DNA of 64,000 nucleotides. Origin: Candidatus Aminicenantes bacterium (lineage in GTDB: Bacteria; Acidobacteriota; Aminicenantia; UBA2199). How positions within the stretch are numbered: the stretch's first letter is position 1; the number at the start of each line of letters is the position of its first letter. The translations under genes and the position numbers were made by a program. Below the pieces are notes generated by a model. It did no database searches. It worked only from the letters and a program-made list of their open reading frames with translations, and was not told where the DNA came from. Positions 24,862 through 33,677 of this stretch are shown piece after piece. The stretch covers positions 39,829-103,828 of the forward strand of contig JAFGSF010000005.1 in NCBI GenBank assembly GCA_016934745.1. Reading direction: 5' to 3'.

Positions 24862-25668
24862 ATGAAAAAAAAAAGAATTAGGAAAGTCAATATATCATCC
24901 CTAACCCATATTTCCTTTCTGCCCTCGGTATTCACCATGTTTAATCTTTTCTTGGGGTATCAGGCCCTGATTCATATTGTCGGGAGCAAGAAAAATTTTA
25001 AAACCGCAATTTACTACCTGATGGCCAGCGTCATCATGGACGGCTTCGACGGAACCATCGCCCGTCTGACCAAAACCGAATCTAATTTTGGTGTACAGCT
25101 TGATTCGCTGGTGGACGCCATCACTTTCGGACTGGTCACCTCCATGTTGGCCTACCAATGGGGCTTCCAATCCGGATATACTCAAATCGGCAAAATCGTG
25201 AGTTTTGTGTATTTGAGCGCCGGATTGATCCGCCTGGCCCGCTTTAATGTTTTCAAGGAGGCCCAGGCTTTTCCGGCCAACGTGTTTATCGGCATGCCCA
25301 TCCCGACCGCCTCCATGGCCGTCTGTTCCATCGTGCTGCTTTTCAATAAAACGCAACCACAGTCGGCCTTGGGCGTTTTTCTTTTCTCACTCGCAGTCAT
25401 CCTGATTTCATTGTTGATGATTTCCAATATCAAGTACAAAACCATTAAAAAAATCGTTCTAAAAAACAGCCTGAAAGCTCTTTTCCTGCTGGCCTCTATC
25501 ATCGCCTGCCTGGTTATTTTTCCCGATATCACACTTCCCATCCTAACCCTCGCTTACACGATATCCCCGCTTCTTTTCCGCCTATTTTCCAGGAGGCAAA
25601 AAAGCGTGGCGCAAGCCAGCTCCGAAAAACCAGCCGAAGAACCTGGGGCCAGCAGAACCAAGGCCTGA
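24862..25668 (+). CDS. pssA: CDP-diacylglycerol--serine O-phosphatidyltransferase
   Basis: DGFDGTIAR...FGVQLDSLVD CDP-alcohol motif, RLARFN, FIGMPIP. Confidence 0.9.
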   Translation: MKKKRIRKVNISSLTHISFLPSVFTMFNLFLGYQALIHIVGSKKNFKTAIYYLMASVIMDGFDGTIARLTKTESNFGVQLDSLVDAITFGLVTSMLAYQWGFQSGYTQIGKIVSFVYLSAGLIRLARFNVFKEAQAFPANVFIGMPIPTASMAVCSIVLLFNKTQPQSALGVFLFSLAVILISLLMISNIKYKTIKKIVLKNSLKALFLLASIIACLVIFPDITLPILTLAYTISPLLFRLFSRRQKSVAQASSEKPAEEPGASRTKA

Positions 25669-25677
25669 GAACGATTC

Positions 25678-27480
25678 ATGGCTGAAGAAAATTCACTGTA
25701 TAGCCATTTCAAACCTTTTATAAAAAGATTTATCCTGGCCATGTTTTTCATGGCCATGGTGGCCGTCTTTACTGCATTCTTCGTCGTAATCATCCAACCC
25801 ATCATCGATGAACTTTTTATCCAGGGCGGTGGACGCCTGGCCTCAAAAAGCAAAATCATCCGCAACTTGATTATGAGGCTGCTCGGGGTCAAGGAAAGTC
25901 AATTGGTGCTGGTTCTGCCACAACTTCTTTTTCTGGCTTTCTTGGGTCAAGCAGTATTCTCTTTCTTGTCTCTCTACATGATGAAAACATTGGGATTGAA
26001 AGTTGTACGCAATATCCGCGATAAGCTGTACCGCAATCTGATCCATCAATCCATCGAATTTCTAAGCAAATCCAAAACCGGCGACCTGGTCTCACGCGTT
26101 TCCAACGATATCGAAAAAATCAAATTGGCCGTGGCTGAAACACTTTCCGTGTATATCAGGGAAAGCCTGACCCTTATCCTGCTGCTGACCGTTATTTTTT
26201 ACCAGGACTGGGCAATGGCCTTCATTTCGCTAGTCCTGATTCCCATTGCCGCCGTACCCCTGATTTATTTCGGCCGCAAGGTAAAAAAACGCGGCATTCA
26301 ATCCCAGGAAACCATCGGCGAACTGGCCAATTTCATGAGTGAATCGGCCCAGGGCAATAAAATAGTCAAGGCCTACAATATGGAAGAATTTGAGATCAAT
26401 AAATTCCGCCAGCTTAACCATAAGCATTTCCGCATCAATGCCAAGATTGCGTTGGCTTACTCACTGGCAGCCCCAATCATGGATGTCATCGGCGGGCTGG
26501 TGGCGGCTGGGCTTTTTACCATTGGCATGCATCGTATCTCAACGAACACCCTATCACCCGGTCAATTCATTTCTTTCCTGACCGCCCTGTTCATGATGTA
26601 CAGCCCGATCAAAAGGCTTTCCATGGCCCACAATGATTACCAGCAGGGAAAGGCCGGGTATGCGCGCGTCCGCCAGATCATCAACACCGAAAATCCGATC
26701 CGGGACAGAGCATCGGCCATTGAAATTAAAAATATTCGCGGCGAAGTGGATTTCAGAAATGTTTCGTTCGCGTACCAGCCCGGCGTGCCGGTTTTAAAAA
26801 ACATCTCTTTCAGCGCCAAAGCCAACGAACTGGTCGCACTGGTCGGGGCCAGCGGATCCGGAAAAACCACTATCATGAATATCCTGCTGCGCTTCTACGA
26901 ACCCGAAAAAGGCGAAATATTAATTGACGGCAAGGATATTCGTTCCATCACCCTGAAATCGCTCAGGGAACTGATCGGCCTGGTGACCCAGGACGTTTTC
27001 CTTTTTAACGATACGATCCAAAACAACATCGCCTACGGGCGGAAGAAGTTCAAACTGGACGATATACATCACGCCGCCGTCGTGGCCCGCGCCGCCGGCT
27101 TCATCAGCGAACTGCCGCTTCAATACGAAACCGTGGTCGGAGAACGAGGAATATTCTTGTCCAACGGCCAAAGGCAACGTATTTCAATCGCCAGGGCGAT
27201 CCTGAAAAAGCCGCAAATTCTAATTTTTGATGAAGCCACGTCATCGCTGGATTCGGAATCGGAAAAATTGATTCAGGAAGCCATGGCTGACGTGATGAAA
27301 GACCGGACCACCTTTGTCATCGCCCATCGCCTGAGCACCATCATCGAGGCCGACCGCATCCTGGTCATTGAAAACGGCGAAATCAAGGAGACTGGCAACC
27401 ACCGCGAACTGTTAAAAAAAAGAGGACTCTACTACTCACTATACAATTTGCAATTCCCGGAAATGAATATTATAATGTGA
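25678..27480 (+). CDS. msbA: MsbA-like ABC exporter
   Basis: 6-TM domain plus GASGSGKT, LSNGQRQR, DEATSSLD, IAHRLST. Confidence 0.8.
   Translation: MAEENSLYSHFKPFIKRFILAMFFMAMVAVFTAFFVVIIQPIIDELFIQGGGRLASKSKIIRNLIMRLLGVKESQLVLVLPQLLFLAFLGQAVFSFLSLYMMKTLGLKVVRNIRDKLYRNLIHQSIEFLSKSKTGDLVSRVSNDIEKIKLAVAETLSVYIRESLTLILLLTVIFYQDWAMAFISLVLIPIAAVPLIYFGRKVKKRGIQSQETIGELANFMSESAQGNKIVKAYNMEEFEINKFRQLNHKHFRINAKIALAYSLAAPIMDVIGGLVAAGLFTIGMHRISTNTLSPGQFISFLTALFMMYSPIKRLSMAHNDYQQGKAGYARVRQIINTENPIRDRASAIEIKNIRGEVDFRNVSFAYQPGVPVLKNISFSAKANELVALVGASGSGKTTIMNILLRFYEPEKGEILIDGKDIRSITLKSLRELIGLVTQDVFLFNDTIQNNIAYGRKKFKLDDIHHAAVVARAAGFISELPLQYETVVGERGIFLSNGQRQRISIARAILKKPQILIFDEATSSLDSESEKLIQEAMADVMKDRTTFVIAHRLSTIIEADRILVIENGEIKETGNHRELLKKRGLYYSLYNLQFPEMNIIM
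27448..27476 (+). promoter_or_regulatory. Internal promoter TTGCAA-17-TATAAT inside msbA 3' end, leaderless yicC
   Basis: 7 nt to ATG 27484; no SD. Confidence 0.65.
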
Positions 27481-27483
27481 TCC

Positions 27484-28368
27484 ATGAAAAGCATGACTGG
27501 ATTTGCACAGGGGAGATTCGACTTCAATGATTTTTCATTGTTTATCTCTTTCAAATCCTATAACAACCGCTACCTGGAAATCAATTTCAAAGGCAACGGC
27601 ATCTCGGCAATCAGTGAAAAAATCATCAAGGAACTGATCAAGGGAAAACTCCAGCGCGGCAAAATCGAAATTGTATTTGACCTGTATCAGAATAACCAGA
27701 AAAACTGGAGCATCCGCTTGAACAGCGCCTTGCTTGAGGAAATTATAAACAAAATCACACCTTTGCAGAATAAATTCGGCCAGAACCTGACCATCTCATT
27801 GGATTCTCTGCTCAAGCTCCCCATGATTTTTCACCTGGACTACAATCTCGACCGTCTCAGTCGGAAAAACCGGGCTGACATCCAAAAATCAATTACCAAA
27901 GTATTTACGGATTTCCTGGCCAGCCGCAGCCTGGAAGGCATGTTCATTGGCAGGGACTTGTTTAAAGGCATTGCTTTGATCGACAAACATATGAAAATAA
28001 TCGTCAGCCAAGAAAAAAATTATGAAAAAAACATGTTCCAGAATTATCGCAATAAAATCGCCAAATACGTCAATGGTTTGCATATCGATGAAAAACGAAT
28101 TGCCCAGGAAGCCGCCATCACTGCTGAAAAAGCCTCTATCGCCGAGGAAATCAACCGCCTAAAAACCCACAGTCAAAGGTTGAAGGCATTGCTGCGAAAC
28201 AAAACACTCAACACCATCGGACGTGAAGCCGATTTTCTTTCCCAGGAAATGCAGCGCGAAACCCATACCATTGCCGCCAAAGCCAATTGCCTGGACATTC
28301 ACCAGCATATACTTATTGTCCGCCGCGAGATCGAAAAGATCCGTCAGCAGGTGCAAAATATCGAATAA
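27484..28368 (+). CDS. yicC: YicC/YloC family endoribonuclease
   Basis: MKSMTGF, NNRYLE, EEINRL, QEMQRE, EKIRQQVQNIE. Confidence 0.92.
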   Translation: MKSMTGFAQGRFDFNDFSLFISFKSYNNRYLEINFKGNGISAISEKIIKELIKGKLQRGKIEIVFDLYQNNQKNWSIRLNSALLEEIINKITPLQNKFGQNLTISLDSLLKLPMIFHLDYNLDRLSRKNRADIQKSITKVFTDFLASRSLEGMFIGRDLFKGIALIDKHMKIIVSQEKNYEKNMFQNYRNKIAKYVNGLHIDEKRIAQEAAITAEKASIAEEINRLKTHSQRLKALLRNKTLNTIGREADFLSQEMQRETHTIAAKANCLDIHQHILIVRREIEKIRQQVQNIE

Positions 28369-28378
28369 AGCACCACGC

Positions 28379-28984
28379 ATGCATAACATCATCATCATCT
28401 CGGGTCCGTCCGGTTGCGGAAAATCGACCATGATCCATAAACTGCTGGCTAAATATCCCGAACTTAATTTTTCCGTTTCCCACACGACCAGACCGCCGCG
28501 TTCAGTCGAAATTCACGGTCTTGATTACTATTTTGTCAGCCAGGCTGTTTTTGTAAAAATGAAGAAAAAAAGTGAATTTGCCGAATGGGCCGAGGTACAT
28601 GGTCATTATTATGGCACCAGCCGGCGTGAAATTCTCAAGAAATCGACTAAAAACCGGACACTGGTCCTGGACCTTGACGTGCAGGGAGCCCGCAACATCA
28701 AAAGGCAGTTTCCAGAGGCCATGACGATCTTCGTGATCCCGCCTTCACTGCACGAATTGAAAAAGCGCCTGCGCAACCGTGAAAAGAATTGGAACCAAGA
28801 CATAGCGCTGAGATTGCAAACAGCTCTGGACGAATTGAACGAACATGAATTGTATGAGTATGTGATTGTTAACCGCGATCTAGGTCAGGCGTTCAGCGAA
28901 CTGTGCTGCCTATATGTCGCTTTTTGCCTGCAAATGAATCGCCACGAGGATAAAATTAAAAAACTGATTCGAGGTCAAAAATGA
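28379..28984 (+). CDS. gmk: Guanylate kinase
   Basis: SGPSGCGKST, SHTTRPPR, EWAEVHGHYYGT, DVQGA. Confidence 0.95.
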   Translation: MHNIIIISGPSGCGKSTMIHKLLAKYPELNFSVSHTTRPPRSVEIHGLDYYFVSQAVFVKMKKKSEFAEWAEVHGHYYGTSRREILKKSTKNRTLVLDLDVQGARNIKRQFPEAMTIFVIPPSLHELKKRLRNREKNWNQDIALRLQTALDELNEHELYEYVIVNRDLGQAFSELCCLYVAFCLQMNRHEDKIKKLIRGQK

Positions 28985-29511
28985 AGCTTATTCTGGGTGT
29001 CAGCGGCTCGATCGGTGCTTACAAAGCCGTTGATATCATGCGCTTATTTCAAAAAAACAATCACTCCGTAACGGTAGTCATGACCTGGGCGGCGACGCAA
29101 ATTGTACCGCCGTTGACTTTTTCGGCATTTGCGCCGGGAAAAGTATTTCATGACATGTTCTCAAAAAACCAGGATTCTCTACTGCACATCAATTTATGTA
29201 ATGAAAACGATCTGCTGCTTGTGGCTCCGGCCACCGCCAACATCATCGGCAAAATGGCCAACGGCATAGCCGATGATTTGCTGTCCACCCTGTTATGCGC
29301 GTTCTACAAGCGTGTGGTCGTAGCTCCCGCCATGAATGTCCACATGCTAGAAAATAAGGCAGTAATGGAAAATATCGTTCGCTTGCAAAGCCGGGGCATT
29401 GACATCATTGAACCCGCCGAAGGATTACTGGCCAATCGCGAATCAGGCAAAGGAAGATTGCCCACGGCAGATGTTATTTACCGCCACTGCATCGATACAG
29501 CCGGTGTTTAA
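28981..29511 (+). CDS. coaC: Phosphopantothenoylcysteine decarboxylase (stand-alone flavoprotein)
   Basis: GVSGSIGAYK, APATAN, GIADDL, PAMNVHM; clamp Cys is absent. Confidence 0.85.
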   Translation: MKLILGVSGSIGAYKAVDIMRLFQKNNHSVTVVMTWAATQIVPPLTFSAFAPGKVFHDMFSKNQDSLLHINLCNENDLLLVAPATANIIGKMANGIADDLLSTLLCAFYKRVVVAPAMNVHMLENKAVMENIVRLQSRGIDIIEPAEGLLANRESGKGRLPTADVIYRHCIDTAGV

Positions 29512-30148
29512 TAAAGTAATTATCACTTCCGGACCGACCCTGGAACCGATAGACCCCATTCGATTCATTTCCAACCGATCCTCGGGAAAAACCGGCTTTC
29601 ACCTGGCCAATGAAGCCAGAAAAAGAGGAATCGCTCAAATCGTGTTCATCACTGGACCGACCTGTTTTCTGCCATCGGAAGTGAACCTGATCCAGGTGGA
29701 AACGGCCCGGGACATGCAGGCCGCCATCAATGAACATTTCACCCAGGCCGATGTAGTCATTATGGCAGCAGCCGTCTGTGACTACAGCAGTGCTGAATAT
29801 TTCCCGAATAAGTTGAAAAAAAACAATGATCCACTCACCCTAAAAATGGTCAAAACCCCGGACATCCTCGCGGAGCTGGGCCGAAACAAAAAAAAAAATC
29901 AGATCCTGGTCGGGTTTGCCGCTGAAACCGAAAATATTCTTCTCAACGCCAAAAATAAATTATCAAATAAAAACCTCGACCTTCTGGTTTTAAATGAAAT
30001 TTCGCTAAGTAATCCGGCCTTTGGCAGTGAAGAAAATCAGGTGTTTTTATTACGACCCGACGGAATCAAAAAAATGAATAAAATGGACAAGGCCCGTGTG
30101 GCTGCGCTTGTTTGGGACGAAATTCGTGACTTGTCCGGACAGCTTTAA
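29504..30148 (+). CDS. coaB: Phosphopantothenate--cysteine ligase
   Basis: TSGPTLEPIDPIRFISNRSSGK, AAAVCDY, GFAAET; GTG start overlaps the coaC end. Confidence 0.9.
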   Translation: MFNKVIITSGPTLEPIDPIRFISNRSSGKTGFHLANEARKRGIAQIVFITGPTCFLPSEVNLIQVETARDMQAAINEHFTQADVVIMAAAVCDYSSAEYFPNKLKKNNDPLTLKMVKTPDILAELGRNKKKNQILVGFAAETENILLNAKNKLSNKNLDLLVLNEISLSNPAFGSEENQVFLLRPDGIKKMNKMDKARVAALVWDEIRDLSGQL

Positions 30149-30159
30149 AATAGTATGCT
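30131..30159 (+). promoter_or_regulatory. Internal promoter TTGTCC-17-TATGCT, leaderless udg
   Basis: 6 nt to ATG 30166; no SD. Confidence 0.5.
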
Positions 30160-30165
30160 GTTTCC

Positions 30166-30819
30166 ATGAACGAATTAAAGGAAATATTGATTTTTTTCAA
30201 CGAAATGGGGGCTGAATTCCTCCATGTGCCTGAAAAAAACCCGCGTGCTGATCTGGCCGAATTGAATCGCTCCATATTGCAATGTCGGCAATGCCGACTC
30301 CATGAAAGCAAGACCCATTACGTTCCGGGTGAAGGCAGCCTCCAACCGGATATTTTTTTCATTGGCGAAGGTCCCGGGCAGACCGAAGATCAATTCGGGC
30401 GGCCTTTCATCGGCAATGCCGGACAATTGCTGGATAAAATTATTGATAAAATGGGCTACCGCCGTGAAGATGTTTTTATAGGCAACGTGGTCAAATGCCG
30501 GCCCCCCAATAATCGCGAGCCTTTGGCAGATGAAGTCGAAGCCTGCCTGCCCTTTCTGCACCGCCAAATTGAATTGCTCGCGCCCAAAGTAATCGTCTGC
30601 CTTGGCAGAGTCGCCCTAAACAAGCTGCTGGGAACCAACCACAGCATGGGCCGCATCCGCGGCCAGTTGCTCAGTTTCAACAACATCCCCCTGATTCCCA
30701 CCTATCACCCTTCTTTCATATTGCATAAAAAAGCCAGGGAAGAAATATCCCAAACCAAACGGGAAGTTTGGCAAGACATGCAGAAAGTACTGGCCATTAT
30801 CGCCAAGCAACGCCAGTGA
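30166..30819 (+). CDS. Uracil-DNA glycosylase family 4 (Fe-S)
   Basis: CRQC, IGEGPG, GRPFIG, KCRPP, TYHPS. Confidence 0.92.
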   Translation: MNELKEILIFFNEMGAEFLHVPEKNPRADLAELNRSILQCRQCRLHESKTHYVPGEGSLQPDIFFIGEGPGQTEDQFGRPFIGNAGQLLDKIIDKMGYRREDVFIGNVVKCRPPNNREPLADEVEACLPFLHRQIELLAPKVIVCLGRVALNKLLGTNHSMGRIRGQLLSFNNIPLIPTYHPSFILHKKAREEISQTKREVWQDMQKVLAIIAKQRQ

Positions 30820-32696
30820 AAATCAGTGTTTCACTTTCATACAATATTTTTGAACCCCTGACCTATCACGTCAAAAGCGCAGCACTTTCATTGAAGACGG
30901 GGATGCGAGTTCTGGTACCGCTGGCAAACAGGATCGTATCAGGTTGGATCATGAATCTGGACTCTCCCTATTCAGGTAGTCTTAAAAATATAGTCGGTAT
31001 AATCGATGATCCATTCCGTCCCGATGAAAGTTTCTTTGCATTCGCCCGCCAAGTCTCCACCGCCTATTTCACTTCAGTAGGTGTTATTCTGGATCATTCC
31101 CTGCCGGCGAGCAAAAAAAATTTAAAAAACCTTTACTTTGAACTGGCTGGTCAAACGAGCAAGATCGGTGATTTCAGTCCGGAACAATTGAAAGAGATGG
31201 CTGCGAAAATTCCGTTGCGCTTTTTTTTTAAAAAAACTGTTGCGCAGCAGACGGACGTCGTTAAAACCGACTCCGACGGCGCCATTCAGACAGATCGCCT
31301 GCTCCTGGCTCCTGACCGGGAACAGGATTATCGAAAAATCAGCCAGGCGGTGATGGCCGGCGGTCAAAGTGTTTTGCTCTTGGTTCCCGACAACGCCAGC
31401 GCCCGCTTCTGGAAAAAAGTCTGGCCGGAAATGGATATTTTCAACTCGGAAACCCGACCGAAGTCAAGAGAAAGTATTTGGTCGCAATATCAGCTTGGAA
31501 AAATCGGAGTCGTATGCGGCGGTCTTTCGGCAGCTTTGCTGCCCATGACCAACTTGGGAATTTTGATCGTTGACCGCGCATCCTCCCCCCTGTACCATCG
31601 AACATTCCATTCTCCTTTTAAGACCGATCATCTGGCCCTGCTGAGGGCCCGTTCCGCTTGTGTCCCACTGCTGCTGGGAGCCGTAACCCATTCATGCAGC
31701 ACCTTCAACCGGAAAAAGAACATGACGATTGAGGATCGTCGCCGGGAGCGCAACTTGTCTTTTCAGGTGCATATGTTGAAGGGCAGGGACCGGGGTATAC
31801 CGGAAGCCATCGTTCAATTGATCAATCAAAATTTCCTACAAAAAAAGAAAACGCTGGTTCTGGTAAACAAGATCGAACCATATCGGAACCTGTTCTGCTC
31901 CACGTGTGGCAAAATCACGGCCTGCCCAACTTGTGGCGGTATCCTGCATATCGCCGAACCCCGACTGGCGACATGTCGCCGCTGCAGTTTTCACCAGGAA
32001 AACCTGGCCGCCTGCCCTCGCTGCCAAAGCAACCTCACCCTGCTCCATGACGTCAGTTTACACTCGCTGGCCCGGGCCATCGAACGAACCGTCAGTGAAA
32101 AGTCCGTCTTAACACTTAGCGCATCCGACCTGAAAGACGTGGAACGGGTGATTTCCGCCGTCCAAACCAGCGCGGTGGTCATCGCTACTCCGGCCGTCCT
32201 CAATCCTATTTTCAAGGAAACATTCGCTGCCGTCATTTACATTAAACCCGAATCGTTTTTCGGCATGGATGAGTTCAATTCGGGGGAAATGATCTTCACC
32301 ACCAGCGCCGAGATCATGGAAACCCTTGAAGCGCAAGGCGAATTGCATGTTTTCTCGGTTTTTCATTTTCATTACGCGTTACAGTTTCTCATGGATGAAA
32401 ATAAATTTTTCGAACGGGAACTGAAGTACAGGCAATGGTTCATGCTGCCGCCTTTCAGCAATGTCTACCAACTGGAGATACACAGCGTCACCCTTCGTTC
32501 ACTGGCCGTCCGCATGCGCGATCTATATAAAAAATATAGAAGCGCATTGCAGATCAAGAAGATTTACCTGGTGTCACGACAGCCGCTGCGCGGTGTCTAT
32601 AGCGGCATACTCGAGCTGCATGCTCCGGCTGATAAAATCATCGAAACGGGATTGCATCAAATTAAGAAAAGTACACTCAGCCTATTGGCTGGCTAA
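30816..32696 (+). CDS. priA: PriA-like replication restart protein lacking helicase motifs
   Basis: N-terminal 3'-DNA-binding domain (LTY, GMRVLVPL), four CxxC pairs, ERELKYR...LPPF; GTGA overlap with udg. Confidence 0.8.
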   Translation: MKISVSLSYNIFEPLTYHVKSAALSLKTGMRVLVPLANRIVSGWIMNLDSPYSGSLKNIVGIIDDPFRPDESFFAFARQVSTAYFTSVGVILDHSLPASKKNLKNLYFELAGQTSKIGDFSPEQLKEMAAKIPLRFFFKKTVAQQTDVVKTDSDGAIQTDRLLLAPDREQDYRKISQAVMAGGQSVLLLVPDNASARFWKKVWPEMDIFNSETRPKSRESIWSQYQLGKIGVVCGGLSAALLPMTNLGILIVDRASSPLYHRTFHSPFKTDHLALLRARSACVPLLLGAVTHSCSTFNRKKNMTIEDRRRERNLSFQVHMLKGRDRGIPEAIVQLINQNFLQKKKTLVLVNKIEPYRNLFCSTCGKITACPTCGGILHIAEPRLATCRRCSFHQENLAACPRCQSNLTLLHDVSLHSLARAIERTVSEKSVLTLSASDLKDVERVISAVQTSAVVIATPAVLNPIFKETFAAVIYIKPESFFGMDEFNSGEMIFTTSAEIMETLEAQGELHVFSVFHFHYALQFLMDENKFFERELKYRQWFMLPPFSNVYQLEIHSVTLRSLAVRMRDLYKKYRSALQIKKIYLVSRQPLRGVYSGILELHAPADKIIETGLHQIKKSTLSLLAG

Positions 32697-32765
32697 AACG
32701 GCAGGAACCAATGGGCGTCAACATTCGTATAAGCCAACAATGAATGATTTTGCCAAGGAGACATC

Positions 32766-33677
32766 ATGAATCAACAGGCATTAGCACTGCAGAACCTAGT
32801 AAAGGATTTTGACGGCAAAAGAGCCGTGGACCGGATTTCCTTCACGGCCCGAAAGGGAGAAATCTTGGGCCTGCTCGGGCCGAACGGGGCAGGAAAAACC
32901 ACGACCATCCGCATGATCATGAATATCATCGCCCCGGACCAGGGAACCATTGAAATCCTGGGGCGTCCATTTTCAAATAAAATGAAGGACAACATCGGCT
33001 ATCTCCCGGAAGAAAGGGGCCTGTACCGCAAGATGAAAGTGATGGACGTGCTTATTTTTTTAGGTGAATTGAAAGGTTTGGCGGCAGAAACGATTCGTGA
33101 GCGCGGCCGCAGACTTCTGAAACAATTCGCACTGGATCCATATGAACATAAAAAAATCGAAGAACTTTCCAAGGGCATGGCGCAAAAATTGCAGATTATC
33201 GCCACCATCCTGCATCAGCCTGAATTGCTCATCCTGGATGAGCCTTTTTCAGGGCTTGATCCGCTCAATATTGAACTGGTCACCGCCATTCTACTTGAAA
33301 AGAAAAAAGAAGGTGTTTCAATCATTCTTTCCACCCATTTAATGGAATACGCTGAAAAAATCGTTGATGCCGTGGTGATGATCAGCCAGGGGCACAAGGT
33401 CTTGGACGGGAAGCTAACTGAAATCAAGGCCCAATACGGCAATAAATTCATCCGCATCGAGTATGAGGGTGACAGCGCCTTCATCGCCGGTCTGGATTAC
33501 GTCCGCGGCTATAAAGACTATGGCCGGGCCATGGAAATCGAACTCAACGACCTGGCCGATAAAAACAGGCTGCTCAAGGAACTCAGCAGCCGCATCTCGC
33601 TCAATGCCTTTCAACTGACCGAGCCTTCCCTGCAGCATATTTTTATACGCAAAGTCAACGAAGGAGCCCCTGCATGA
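32766..33677 (+). CDS. ABC-2 transporter ATP-binding protein (NatA-like)
   Basis: GPNGAGKT, YLPEERGLY, LSKGM, DEPFSGLDP. Confidence 0.92.
   Translation: MNQQALALQNLVKDFDGKRAVDRISFTARKGEILGLLGPNGAGKTTTIRMIMNIIAPDQGTIEILGRPFSNKMKDNIGYLPEERGLYRKMKVMDVLIFLGELKGLAAETIRERGRRLLKQFALDPYEHKKIEELSKGMAQKLQIIATILHQPELLILDEPFSGLDPLNIELVTAILLEKKKEGVSIILSTHLMEYAEKIVDAVVMISQGHKVLDGKLTEIKAQYGNKFIRIEYEGDSAFIAGLDYVRGYKDYGRAMEIELNDLADKNRLLKELSSRISLNAFQLTEPSLQHIFIRKVNEGAPA

Noticed and set aside
27158..27172. ABC signature LSNGQ instead of LSGGQ
   Set aside because: Variation at this position is common and the other ATPase motifs are intact.
28223..28378. N-terminal extensions in the ORF track (gmk; also coaB, priA, serC, hppA, pfk, atpH)
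   Set aside because: They overlap upstream genes or promoters; homology and SD/promoter positions support downstream starts.
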